A stretch of 64,000 bases of DNA from Eledone cirrhosa (Eukaryota): the NCBI GenBank assembly GCA_964016885.1, contig OZ024751.1, forward strand, positions 40,424,001 through 40,488,000, in the 5' to 3' direction. The notes under the pieces are model-generated. The model saw nothing but the letters and a program-made list of their open reading frames with translations. It was not told the DNA's origin and did no database searches. Shown here piece after piece: positions 41,080 to 54,100 of this stretch (positions within the stretch are counted from its first letter, which is position 1; the number at the start of each line of letters is the position of its first letter). Made by a program: the position numbers and the translations under genes.

Positions 41080-41260
41080 CCCTTTATCTGGCTAGAATTC
41101 TCTCACCTCTTTCTGTTTAAACCAGCTGTAACTGACCACTCATACTGATGTTAAGGTATTGGTCTCAAAATACATAATATCAATCTCATAGATCTGATAT
41201 TATGCGAGATTATTTGAGATAAAGCCTTTACTGCGTAAATATAATGTAAATGTTAAAGGG
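41080..41260. mobile_element. piggyBac-type MITE copy
   Basis: ccttta...gaattctctcacctc...taaatgttaaaggg|ttaa. Confidence 0.75.
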
Positions 41261-42150
41261 TTAATACTGCAAATTTTCATAACAATCTTTCAGCCAGTAA
41301 AGATATTGTAAACAATGGAATTAACAAACTCATGTTTAGATATTTTCTGCTAAACCATTATATGATGTAGCAGTGAGAGTGTTGTACTATTTTGGGGGGG
41401 GGGCAATATTAGGACAAGACCCTCCCCAAATATAACAACATATGATGTTAAGAATTAATATCTAACATTTTCAACACTTGAACTTTATTTTATTCTCTTT
41501 ATAACATTTAAATCAAGTTCTGCTGAGTTCTAGAAGCTTCTCTCTCTGGCCCCCTCCTTTCTGTCTCTTCCAGTTTTAACCAATTTCTAGAAATGTTTGT
41601 TTTCCATATTTATTAGCCTTTGTTTTATCATTGTAAGCCGGCTGTGTTAAAATATTTCCTTTTGGTGTGTACAGAATTCTCATTACAACTACTAAGTACT
41701 TCTCAACAGTTCCTGTTACTTATCACTATTTTTTCTTATTTGTATCAGTTGACAAAGACAGATAAAATTCCTTCAGAGGGGAAGCCTCCACATGGCTGTT
41801 CAGCTTACTAGAAATAGGAGCAAATCTCCCTCTAATCATGACCTGCTAGAAAGAAATAGGAGCAAATCTTTGTCACATTCTACCATCTTAAAAACAGATG
41901 CCATATTGGATAATTTATAATCCTTGATACAGTCGAAAATAAAGACAAGATGGTCACATCTGGAATGTCTTTTGGCTCTAGGTATGGCCTATGGATAAAC
42001 TGCTATAGCTATCTACCATAGTTGGATTCCATATTGACATGAATTAAAATCATGTTGCCCATTTCTTCCAGGATCCATAAAATGATTGGAATGACTAAGG
42101 ATTGATTCCAGTAGCTTTACAAGACACGAGAAACCACCATTATTATTAGG

Positions 42151-42352
42151 GCAGTGGATTGGCAATAGAATCGGTAGAGCATCGGACAACATGCTTTGTG
42201 GCATATAGTTACGGCCCTTTACGTTCTGAGTTCAAACCCTGACGAGGTTAGCAGGGTTGATAAAATAAAGTACCAGTAACACACTGGGTTGATTTGATCG
42301 ACTTTCCCCTTCTTGCATAATTGTTGGCCTTGTTTCTAAATCAAAAACCATT
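42151..42352 (+). mobile_element. SINE S1 (diverged)
   Basis: Head and tail match with an internal deletion. Confidence 0.75.
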
Positions 42353-42748
42353 AGCGCCATTCTTGGGGTGGTGGTGGTATTTTTCTGGATCATTGTGATC
42401 TAAGTTCAAATCCTACTGAGGTCAACTTTGCCATTCAGAAGGAGAGAAGTATAAATAAAACATCAGTGATGGAGGTGGGTGGGTCAATTCTTTTATTCTC
42501 TCTTTCTCTCGCCATCTTCCTCCCAGAATTAGCCATGCTGTGATGAGAAGGATGTATGTAGGAAATATGAAGGGGTAAGTGTATGTGTGAAGGGGTTGTA
42601 GATGACTCACTGTGTCTTTGATGTCAAAAGATAGGAGGAAACCCTTCTGACGTAATTAGAAAAATATAAAAGAAGAATCACCAGTGCTGTGAAAAACCAC
42701 CCACACACCAAGAGTTGGCGGGCTGCAGATATGTGTGTATGTATGTAT

Positions 42749-42821
<73 letters not shown>

Positions 42822-43830
42822 CAACCCCAAAGGCAGTTTTTTTTTGCTGGTCCTTTCACTGTAGACTGTGTGTGTCAGACTTACTTGAGGTTCTGTAATA
42901 AGATGTCTACAGTATTTTTCACATCTACTGTATTACACGCACACGCACGCACATATACACACACATATACACATGCACACGCATACGCACATTTCAGCAT
43001 ATGCCATATGTTTTTTAAAAGTTGCTCTCGTTTACCTTTCAGCAAACTGTCTGATATATTATCTTGAGAATCAGTTTTCTTAAGTCATTACCTTATTTAT
43101 TAGTTCTTGGACATTTCTTCTTTATATATAGAGACCCAGAGGTTAACGGGTGGGTCTGAGCTGCATGTGGGGCTGGGTGGGTTGATCGTGATAGTAGGGA
43201 GTCTTTGGTCCATACAGGCCTGTCAGAACAAATCAGTGGAATAAGTACCCTACTTAAAAGTATTTGGAATAAGTGTTGTGCATATCCAGTTTAACATAGG
43301 TATATACAGTATATACTGGAGTATATACTGTATATACCTAAGTCAACTCCCTTGTTTTATAAACAAAGGCAGCTAATCAACACATTTAGATGGTGTACAT
43401 AAGCCAATCTCCAATTTTATCATGAGGTTTGTTTGTTTTTTTAGTCTCGTATTCCTCGCCTTTTATTAAGGCTAAATAGTGAGTCTTGCTACTCTGGAGT
43501 TTCGCAAAAGGCAAACAAATAAAGCAAACACAGTAAAATGAAGAAATATATTGGTTTTACGCTTGATATAGTAGGGAAAGAGTCTTGATGTTTTGGACGC
43601 TCATCCATCCATCCATATATGTATGTGTATGTATGTGTGTATATATATATATATGTATGTGTGTATGTATGTGTGTATATGTATGTGTATATATGTATGT
43701 TAAGTAATTCTGAAGAAAAGGCAAAGGAAAAGAGTGCTCTATGTATAGAACAGAGGTATTTAATTAGAAAGCGAACACAAAATATAACTACTCCATTACC
43801 AAAGGTTTCAGGATCCCAGACAATATTAAC

Positions 43831-43897
<67 letters not shown>

Positions 43898-43927
43898 GTT
43901 ATTCCGGGTTGAATCGGAGGAAACCAC

Positions 43928-43978
43928 AGATTCCTGATGATTTCTAATGAATAAAACAGTTCTAGTCCTGTAGAATCT
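43928..43978 (+). ncRNA. Hammerhead motif with G12->A (family F), probably inactive
   Basis: agattc-CTGATGA-t ttc taat gaa t-AAAA-cag ttctagtc ctg-TA-gaatct; in a ~100 bp island flanked by (TA)n. Confidence 0.65.
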
Positions 43979-44006
43979 CATCTATATTAAAACTATATAT
44001 ATATAT

Positions 44007-44350
44007 ATGGCTCTGAACATTAATCAGTATACACTGAGGATGAAAAACTCAGAGCTGTATGGGAGCATCCCAAAAGTCAGCTCAAAAGTGACACAGAGAA
44101 GACTGAGGTTGGCTGGACATGCTCACCGACATCCAGAGTTGACATTGCACTCAGTGCTCCTTTGGGAGCCCCTACATGGACACACTAGAAGAGGAAGACC
44201 AAGGTTAACATATGTTGATGCCCTAAGGACAGACACTGGTCTGTTGGAGATGCAGGATATGGCAGCGATAATGAGGGACAGAGACCGCTGGAGAGAACTC
44301 GTCCATGGATCTCGGGAATTTTACCCGCCTTAGATAGATAGATAGATATA
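44007..44350 (+). mobile_element. 5'-truncated RTE-type LINE (family R1) with (TAGA)n tail
   Basis: RRLRLAGHAHRHPE...LLWEP.HG..RRGRPRLTYVD...RDRDRWR, the RTE ORF2 C-terminal signature. Confidence 0.9.
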
Positions 44351-45295
44351 TATATGCACTCACACAAGTCATGGACCAAACTAAAAAGATCAACTGATGT
44401 GGTCAGGATCATTACAACTAGAAATTGTCATCATGATGAAATCAATATAATTTTATTGTTTTATGTTCATCAATCTTTAATGACCTATTTGAAATATTTA
44501 CCTGTCCTGTCCTTGTTCAGTAAATTTCTATATTTACCTGTGTAGAGTTTTTGTTTTTTTTTTGTTTTTTTTTTTGTTTTGTTTGTTTAATTTAGCCATT
44601 GCAGCTGTGACCAGTGTTGATAATTGGTGGTAGTGTGGTGGGGTCAAGTGGTTACATGGATTCAAGGGTCCAGATATGAGTTAGGGATTGTGGTCCTAGT
44701 TAATAGGAAGGGGTTGTAGTTAAAGCAGTTAAGGACCCAGATAATAGGAAGGGTTGTAGTTAGAGCAGTTAGACCCATATAATAGGAAGGGGTCATAGTT
44801 AAAGCAGTCTAGGGGCTCAGATGGAAGGGGTTGTTAGAGCAATTTAGGGGCCAGATAAGATGGTTTTCTGAAGTTTTTATCAACCAAATTTTATTCTCAA
44901 TGCATCGGTCAGTTTGGGGTTTTATAGAAGACACTGCTTGCTCAAGATGCCACACAGTGGGATCATACCTGAAACCATGTGGCTGTAAAGTGAATCTTTT
45001 AACCACACAGCCACACCTGTATCGTCATTCTGAAATGACTAATCCACCCAGCCACACCTGTACTAAGACACTGCATTACCTGCACAACATTGCCACACCT
45101 GCATCCTCATACTGAAATGACTACACTAGTCACACCTGGACCACACCTGTATCTAGACAGCAATACCTGCACCATATTGTCACACCTGCACCTTGCTGGC
45201 TTGTCTGCACCAATATAATACATGCTGGCTAATGCAATACACATCTCCCAACTCCTAAAGCCAACAACTTATTAAACAGTCTCTCTGTCTCTCTG

Positions 45296-45328
<33 letters not shown>

Positions 45329-45524
45329 TGCTTGTACCAACATCTTCAATCAGTTCTATTGTTACTACAGTTTCTTTACTCGTGTCCTTCCTTACTTCAT
45401 TATTTCACAAGTTCATTCATAAAAACCAAGACACACAGACAGCCACATGGGCAAACTCTTTGTTGTCTGTAGGGAACAATGGAGACTTCTTTCCTTTTGT
45501 TTTTCTTTTTAAAAGATGCATCAA

Positions 45525-45780
45525 TTAACCTGGACTTCATTACACTCCGCTCCTAATAACCTGGACCATGTACACACATTCTCCTCCTCTCCCTTCCACC
45601 AACCTGGACCATGTACACACCTCCTCCTTCTCATCCCCACAACCTGGACCATGTACACACCTCCTCCTTCTCATCCCCACAACCTGGACCATGTACACAC
45701 CTCCTCCCCACCAACCTGGACCAGGGTACATTCTCCTCCACTCCCCTCCTTTTAACCTGGACCATGTTACATACTCACCT
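45525..45780. repeat. ~40-bp minisatellite (AACCTGGACCATGTACACAC...)
   Basis: Direct observation; another degenerate ~40-bp array at 44700-44860. Confidence 0.85.
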
Positions 45781-46097
45781 TCTCCTCCCCCTACATCTCT
45801 TCTGGCTTAGTTTACAGCCTATCACTAGCTTGCTTGTTGTTGTTGTTGCAGCAGTTGTAGTTGTAATTAATGATTAAACTAATACTACCAATATAAGTCA
45901 ATCAATCAACAAACCTTAACCTCCCTCTCCACCTCTACAACAAACCTTGTCGCCCTCCTATACAACAGAAAACAACCTAGAAACCAAAACGGGACTTAAC
46001 TCTGTTCATCTCATTTCTTCTCCTCAAAAGCCTTAAAATATGATTTAATATAAAATCATATTGTAACCAACATCCAAAACTAAATGATATATTAAAC

Positions 46098-46127
<30 letters not shown>

Positions 46128-46130
<3 letters not shown>

Positions 46131-46540
46131 GGAGGTGAGTTTTATTGTAGTACAATAAAGCAATGCAGATATCGGATAAGAAGCACTCTACAGTTTGTGG
46201 GACTGGAGTATGCATAATATAAGATCAAAAGATGGTTAAAGGAGTTCCATATATTTTATTATGCGCATTTCAAAAACAAACATCATCAAGCAATAATATT
46301 TGTGTTTTCATCAGATAAAACAGAACATGATATGAAGGCTAAAAAACACTTGTGGATAGTGCAGTTTTAAATCAACATATGTTGATTTAAAACTGCACTA
46401 TCCACAAGTGTTTTTTAGCCTTCATATCATGTTCTGTTTTATCTGATGAAAACACAAATATTATTGCTTGATGATGTTTGTTTTTGAAATGCGCATAATA
46501 AAATATATGGAACTCCTTTAACCATCTTTTGATCTTATAT
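46128..46540 (-). mobile_element. Penelope-like element family A forming a perfect 324-bp palindrome (46217-46540) + 89 nt tail
   Basis: 162-bp arms, no spacer, centre atcaacat|atgttgat; (TA)n flanks. Confidence 0.85.
46436..46504 (+). ncRNA. Type I minimal hammerhead ribozyme motif (family A); antisense copy at 46253-46321
   Basis: gttttat-CTGATGA-aaacacaaatattatt gctt gatgatgtttgttttt-GAAA-tgcgca-TA-ataaaat; 15 of 16 stem II positions pair (3 G.U). Confidence 0.85.
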
Positions 46541-46560
46541 ATATATATATATATATATAG

Positions 46561-47310
46561 CCATCGTAGGTATTTCTGGGCATTGTGTGCAGAGGATATA
46601 CGCAGACTGGAGGGAACGAAGCTTGCATGCTCCGCTGGATGTGTAATAGTAATATACGTGAACGGCAAAGCATAAATGAACTAAGGGAGAAATTAGGAAT
46701 AAGAGGAATCGGATGTTGTTTACTCGAGAGAAGACTACGTTGGTATGGTCACGTGATGCTCATGAAAGACGACGGCTGTATAAAAAAGTGCAGGGCGATA
46801 AAAATAGACGGTAGCCACGGAGTAGGCAGACCCAGAAAAACCTGGGACGACTTGATAAATTCTGACCTCACATACTGACACCTCTCCAAGACAATGTCAC
46901 TGGACCGAGATCTTTGGCGCTACACAGTAATACAGAAGACCCGTCTTGCCTAAGTACAAAGCGAAACCTAGAGTCAGTAGGCACTTCTTAACAAAAATAC
47001 ACCCCCGTCCCACTACCCCCACCCCATCCACACCACCCCTTTCAATGTAAAGTTATGTTGGTACCACAACATCCAGTCCGAAATAAATGAGGTCGTGTAG
47101 GTGTCACGACAAAAAAAATACAGTCCACGCTGTAATGTGGCCGTGTAGGTAACACGGCAAAAACCTCCCAGTCCACGCTGTAAACGTGGTTGGTGTTAGG
47201 AAGGGCATCCAGTCATAGAAAATCCGCCAGACAGTCCTATACAAGCAAGACAACCAATCTTGCCTCAAGTGGGAAAATTCCCATGCAAGCGTGGAAGATG
47301 GACGTTAAAC

Positions 47311-47343
<33 letters not shown>
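46561..47343 (+). mobile_element. 5'-truncated RTE LINE (family R2) with 3' UTR and (GAT)n tail
   Basis: NEACMLRWMC...RRLRWYGHVMLM...GVGRPRKTWDD; 3' UTR ggttggtgttaggaagggcatccag; (gat)n tail. Confidence 0.9.
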
Positions 47344-47344
<1 letters not shown>

Positions 47345-47626
47345 GTGTGTATGAGGGGATGGGGAGTTGTATTTTCTTTCTGAAATTTGACTTGGCATAA
47401 ATTAAATATTTTTCTTGTTTGTTCAATAAATATTATTTACTTCTACTACTTTGGTATTTGATATTTCCAACATTTTGGAAACTCTAAATTCTTACTGTAA
47501 TATTTAAGATATATAGTATTAGCTGGCTTAAAGAAAGTGGTTTATAACAAGCATTCATTTCACCATCTACTTACTTTTTTTTTTTAATTTAAGCCAGAAA
47601 ATATAGTATATTTAATATATGCCTTA

Positions 47627-47701
<75 letters not shown>

Positions 47702-47829
47702 TCATCTGTTTTGTATCAAATCCCAATAACTGTAATAAGCAAGACATATTTAATATTTTACTACTTGAATCTCAATATATATCTCGTATTAGTGTAGAAA
47801 GAGTGATGTTAAATGGTGGTGATATATAT

Positions 47830-48045
47830 ATCATCATTTAACGTCACTCGCCCACGCTAGCATGGGTTAGATGGTTTTGTTCCATTTGATGTGGCACTGG
47901 TCGGGAAATCATGTCCCACTCGCAATGAAGCGTCTCTGGCAGGTTTTTTTTTGTTTTTTTTTTTTACAGCTGGATGCTCTTCCTAACACCAACCACATTT
48001 ACAGTGTGGACTGGGAGCCTTTTCACCATGTCTCCTACATGGCCA
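47830..48045 (-). mobile_element. RTE (R2-like) 3' UTR fragment, minus strand
   Basis: tcatcatttaacgtc...ctagcatgggttag...ctggatgctcttcctaacaccaaccac, the reverse complement of the R2 3' UTR. Confidence 0.75.
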
Positions 48046-48081
48046 CCTTACTCTTTGACATATATATATATATATATATAT

Positions 48082-48643
48082 GATGACAGCTGTATAAAAA
48101 AGTGCAGGGCGAGCAAAATAGACGGTAGCTACAGAGTAGGCAGACCCAGAAAAACCTGGGACGACTTGATAAAATCCGACCTCGCACACTTACACCTCTC
48201 CAAGACAATGTCACTGGACTGAGATCTTTGGCGCTACGTAGTAATACAGAAGACCCGCCTTCCCTAAGTACAAAGCGAAACCTACAGTCAGTAGGCACCT
48301 CTTAACCAAAATACACCCCCGTCCCACTACCCCCACTGCCATCTACACCACCCCTTTCGATGTAAAGCTATGTTGGTACCACAACATCCAGTCCTAAATA
48401 AATGAGGTCATGTAGGTAGGTGTCACGACCAAAAAACACAGTCCACGCTGTAATGTGGCCGCGTAGGTAACACGGTAAAAACCTCCCAGTCCACACTGTA
48501 AACGTGGTTGGTGTTAGGAAGGGCATCCAGCCATAGAAAACCTGCCAGACAGTCCTGAGCAAGACAACCAATCTTGCGTCAAGTGGGACAATTCCTGTCC
48601 AGACCCATGCTAGCGTGGAAGATGGACGTTAAACGATGATGAT
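48082..48643 (+). mobile_element. Second 5'-truncated RTE (R2) copy inserted at (TA)n
   Basis: DDSCIKKCRASKIDGSYRVGRPRKTWDD...; highly similar to 46768-47320. Confidence 0.9.
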
Positions 48644-48865
48644 ATATATGTATTTAGTCAGATTCAAGAAGTGTAAAATCTCCGTCAAGCCTCACCTATT
48701 TTACTACCTTTATAAAAAAAAAAAAGAACACGTGTTGGATGTGATCCTGGATCCACCACCTATACATAGGAAAAAAACAAAGTGGTCCTGGTATGTGAAA
48801 GTCTGACACTTTTGATACCAGCCTGCCTGATACTGCCTCTGATTCTATGGAACAAAATCACTGCT

Positions 48866-49115
48866 CTGGCTGGGGTCCAGTATCTCTGGTCACTGGCTGG
48901 GGTCCAGTATCTCTGGTCACTGGCTGGGGTCCAGCATCTCTGGTCACTGGCTGGGGTCCAGTATCTCTGGTCACTGGCTGGGGTCCAGTATCTCTGGTCA
49001 CTGGCTGGGGTCCAGTATCTCTGGTCACTGGCTGGGGTCCAGTATCTCTGGTCACTGGCTGGGGTCCAGCATCTCTGGTCACTGGCTGGGGTCCAGCATC
49101 TCTGGTCACTGGCTC
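48866..49115. repeat. 27-bp minisatellite (TGGCTGGGGTCCAGYATCTCTGGTCAC), ~9 units
   Basis: Direct observation. Confidence 0.92.
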
Positions 49116-50359
49116 TGGCTATGTTCTATCACCTCTGGCTATGGACAATCAGGTCTAAACAACATTGTTTGCTTGTCTGTCTTAATATTTACTATTCCTG
49201 ACTCTCGGAATGAACTGCAATTCATTGCATCACGCAACTGAGGATTGTCCATCTGTCAAAACAATCTCACACAATTGCACCAGCAGAAATATTCTTCCAC
49301 CCCTACCATGCCAGCCACCCTAGAGGATGGCAAATGTCAATCAAAACAGCAAAAAGGAAATTAAAACAGTCACACATGCACACACATTTTTTTTTTTTTT
49401 TTTTTTTAAATTAAACTTTAGAAACTGTGTGTCCTATTTTTTTTTTTTTTTTTGTTTTTTTTCATGAAACCTAGAAATACTGTTTATATATTTCGTGTGT
49501 AGGTTGTATAAGTAGTGTGGGTGTGTTTTTTTTTTTTTGTTTTTTTTTTTTGTATACATCTTTGTATATCTATATACATCTTTGTATGTCATATATATAT
49601 ATTGTATGTAATCTACACAGTGCAAATACAATTAGACAATTATATTCACTGAAGTTGTTGAAAAGTTTTGTGATGTAATCTTGAAACATTGACCACACCT
49701 ATGCTAGACATTTCTTGTTCCCAGCTATATCACCATTGCCTTTATTATTATTATTATTATTATTTATTATTATTACTACTACTAACAACCATCTACTTGA
49801 ACCACTTGGCTTTTATACTGTTTGCTACTTTGTGTGGGTGTGTGTGTGTGATTACACACACAATGTAAGGTTGTTGGTTTTACAAACAAGGGATTACTCT
49901 CTCGGAATTACTAATATATATATAGACATATTGCTTTATTTGTAATAACCTGGTAGTTGTACCAAGATGACCTGTGTAATATAAGAGAAAATGTAGCTGC
50001 CTGATGGCCCTTACACCCACCTTCTTAGGGAGAGGGATTTAATTAAGGGTTAGTGTTCAACTCTGGTTTATCAGCGGAGTCATAAAACACTCTGCTGCGC
50101 TCCTGTGTAAGACATTGATTCATCTGAGGGGGGGGGGGGACTTTTCTCTAATAATTAATGACCCGTGACTCAGTGCTTGTTTCTGGCCACATGGTGAACT
50201 GAAGCATTCATCATCATCATCATCCAGCCATATCTGACTAGAATTCTCTCACCTCTTTTTGTTTAAACTGGTTGCTCATATTGTCATGATATTGATCTCA
50301 AAATAAATGTCAATCTCAGATTTGATGAGATAATTATGTGAAGTAAAGCCTTTACCATG

Positions 50360-51147
50360 AAAATATAATAGTATATATAGAGTAATGTATAGAAAATATA
50401 ATAGTATATATAGAGTAATGTATAGAAAATATAATAGTATATATAGAGTAATGTATAGAAAATATAATAGTATATATAGAGTAATGTATAGAAAATATAA
50501 TAGTATATATAGAGTAATGTATAGAAAATATAATAGTATATATAGAGTAATGTATAGAAAATATAATAGTATATATAGAGTAATGTATAGAAAATATAAT
50601 AGTATATATAGAGTAATGTATAGAAAATATAATAGTATATATAGAGTAATGTATAGAAAATATAATAGTATATATAGAGTAATGTATAGAAAATATAATA
50701 GTATATATAGAGTAATGTATAGAAAATATAATAGTATATATAGAGTAATGTATAGAAAATATAATAGTATATATAGAGTAATGTATAGAAAATATAATAG
50801 TATATATAGAGTAATGTATAGAAAATATAATAGTATATATAGAGTAATGTATAGAAAATATAATAGTATATATAGAGTAATGTATAGAAAATATAATAGT
50901 ATATATAGAGTAATGTATAGAAAATATAATAGTATATATAGAGTAATGTATAGAAAATATAATAGTATATATAGAGTAATGTATAGAAAATATAATAGTA
51001 TATATAGAGTAATGTATAGAAAATATAATAGTATATATAGAGTAATGTATAGAAAATATAATAGTATATATAGAGTAATGTATAGAAAATATAATAGTAT
51101 ATATAGAGTAATGTATAGAAAATATAATAGTATATATAGAGTAATGT
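50360..51147. repeat. Perfect 33-bp minisatellite (~24 units) inside a piggyBac-type MITE
   Basis: AGAAAATATAATAGTATATATAGAGTAATGTAT; flanks match 9780-9855. Confidence 0.95.
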
Positions 51148-51679
51148 AAATGGTAAAGGGTTAACACGTCTCCCTTCCTAATAAGGGTTAGACAGGCTAT
51201 CATATACTGAGTCTATACTGACGCTGAGCAGACCTCTTAGACAGCTCACGTGCTTCCTACAGCTCGCTTACATAGGCTTCTCTGGTCCATCAAATGTATA
51301 TTTTATCATGACACCAACACTGGGGTAGATTGTCATGTCTTTGACAAAAGCTGAAGATTCCTCAAAAACCCTTTGGCAAATTTTCTATGATTTGTAGGGT
51401 GACCTTCTAAGTTGGTTTGAAATCAAAACCATGTTGTTGAGCAGCTAACTGGAATTATGTGGCTAAATTTTCATAACTGACCATAGACAACCTCTGTTCA
51501 TTGCAGTCCAGTTTAATTAGGACTTATAGTTTAAGATTATGTGAAATAAGAGAGGGGGGGGGAAAGAAAACAATAGCCTGTCAACAGTTGCTTTGAATGA
51601 CTTGTTAATGTTTTTATATTGTTTACCTCAAGTAGAAAACTAACTTAATGCTGACATATGAACAATAGTTGGAGTAGGC

Positions 51680-51714
<35 letters not shown>

Positions 51715-52578
51715 ATATATGTGTGTATATAATATATATATATAATGTGCGTGTGTGTTTGTGTGTGTGCACACACTATTGAGTTGAAGTTTAGAACATA
51801 ACTTAACAAAGGTTCTTACACACAATTTATGATGGCTTTAGATGAATATAATTGCTTCAAAATCTACATCTTTATATCATAGAATTGAGGGTGGTTTGAA
51901 GCAGTCTGGTATCAAGATGGTTAATTTGCAATATAAAAGCTGTGGTGCCAGCTTTATCTAAAACATCTTTAAGACATACACCATCATTAGATTACATAAA
52001 CAATCTTTTTTTTTTTTTAATTGCCCACTGAAATATTCTTGGCTAGTAAGAATACTTATATAAATCTCTTTCTCTCTCTCCCCCATTCTCTGTGTCACTA
52101 TCTCTCTCTCTGCATAAACGCACACCTACTCTTGAGAGATTTAACCTTATAAAAACCAACCTGCCAATTTAGGATACAAAACCATATGTTTTAATGTATT
52201 TATATTTAAACTCCACCCTTCCAACTTGTATGTAAAAACCTCTTAAGATGTTCCAAGCACAATCTTAATTAAAATGTTATTTTATTAAATCTTTCAATTC
52301 TTGTTTATTTAAAAAAAACAATGAAACTAGCAGATCTACCCAACATTACTCAGGCTCATTAATGCTTAAAATATATTCACATAAATTCACTATATTATAG
52401 AAAAATTTGTCTTCATTCACATATTCAAGGTAAGGCCCTCAAACACTCCTTCCAGCAGGCCTAAGAAAGGTATCAGATTGGTGACTGGTGTGAATAAAGC
52501 CACCAAAAGACGCTGCAATATGGTTAAACAGAACAAAGACTGACCACTCCCTTAGAAAAAATAGTTTTAAAATGCTTG

Positions 52579-52611
<33 letters not shown>

Positions 52612-53869
52612 CTTTCTGGGATGTATCAAAGATATGTAAAAATAGCAATTACAGAAGGTTGCTGAAATCAATTCCACATTTACCCTGCTATATACACTCA
52701 TCCGCAACACACGCGCACACATGCACACGCACACAGCATGGGTTACCCTGTTCACATGCTAGGTTATTTTTTCCTGTGAGTTCTTTACACATGAATTTGT
52801 ATAAGTTGATTATTCAAGTGAAGTATTTGACCTTTCTGGCCAATATTGTAGATTCATGGTAGAAGTGGATCACTTTATTTCATTAAACTTAGAGGGGATG
52901 ATGAGGTGGGGGGGGGGGGGGGGGGGCTCTTTTACATAACTTGTTTTTAAAATGTTTTTAATTTTACTAAGCTCTCTATGATGTAAAACTCTACCCTGTT
53001 TATATAATTCCTCAGTCAGTGAATGTGTGACTGTGTGGCCATGTGTGTTTCTGTGTGTGGTTTTCTGTGTATGGCCGTGTGTCTGTGTTTCTGTGTATCT
53101 GTGTTTCTGTGTGTATTTGTGGCACTTTCTCTGTTTTGTGCAACTGTTTCTCGCTCTCTCTGCAGCTTTGTGTGTTTGAGTCTCTGTATGGCACTGTGTC
53201 TCTCTCTATCTCTTCTGTCTGTGTGTCTATTCAACTAGTTTCACTAACATCTTCAATTTATTTTGCCCTTTTATTTTTTGGTTTGCTCTTCCTGGAAATA
53301 AAATGTCATGTGTCTCGCCATTCTAATTTCTTTCTGGTAGTAGCAGTGGGTGGTTGCAGCCTTTCCCTGTAAGGCCACACACACACACGCATACACATGC
53401 GCACACGCATGCATGCACACACACTATTACTGTCCCTTAAGGTGGTAAAATGATAGGGAATGAATGAATGCCCTGAGGATTTCATCCTTGTTTTCATCCC
53501 TTTTTCATCATATACACACACCAAATCTTGTATTCAATCAACTAGCCCCTGCCCCCTCCACCCTACTATAAATTCGGCTTTGTGCCAATGAGGAAAAATA
53601 TTTCTTTTATCATGCTCATATATTTATAATCTTTCTTTCTTCTAGTAACCTTAATTTTCCACTATTGACTTCATTTATGAAGTAATGATTCATAATTTGT
53701 CGGTGAACATTATATAATTATTTATTGTCCTGTATATTTTAGTTTGGAGTTCAACCAGTTTTTCTTCTTCATTGATAATAACTATATCAGATCTAGAAGT
53801 GTGTGGGGGTGGGGGGAGGCGTGTGAACAGAAATGAGGTCCTTTAAGTACTCTTCCTTTTATGGTTTGT

Positions 53870-54100
53870 CTATTTAATTCAAATGATACACTTCAGCCTC
53901 TGGCATACAGACGTGCTGTCTCCCATTGCTATCTACTGTTACTACAATGGGCCCTGCTCCTCGGAGCTTGTCTCGTGTTACCTCCAAGGGCACTCCCAAT
54001 ACACTTGGTTCTCTTCCTTCCTCTTTTCACCCATGTTGTGTCCTAAACACAGCCCTTTCTACTCGATGTCAGCCCTTCGAAATTTAATCCATGCTGTTCG
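53870..54100 (+). mobile_element. Degraded CR1/L2-group LINE ORF2 C-terminal fragment
   Basis: TLQPLAYRRAVS / YCYYNGPCSSEL across a frameshift, resembling the 'LQPLxHRRxV..FYRYY.G.CSSEL' motif. Confidence 0.55.

Noticed and set aside
48866-49115. CRISPR-like appearance of regular 27-51 bp repeats (also 20745, 50360)
   Set aside because: Head-to-tail units without unique spacers, no cas genes, eukaryotic context.
50352-51203. 283-aa and 254-aa repeat ORFs
   Set aside because: Products of the 33-bp minisatellite.
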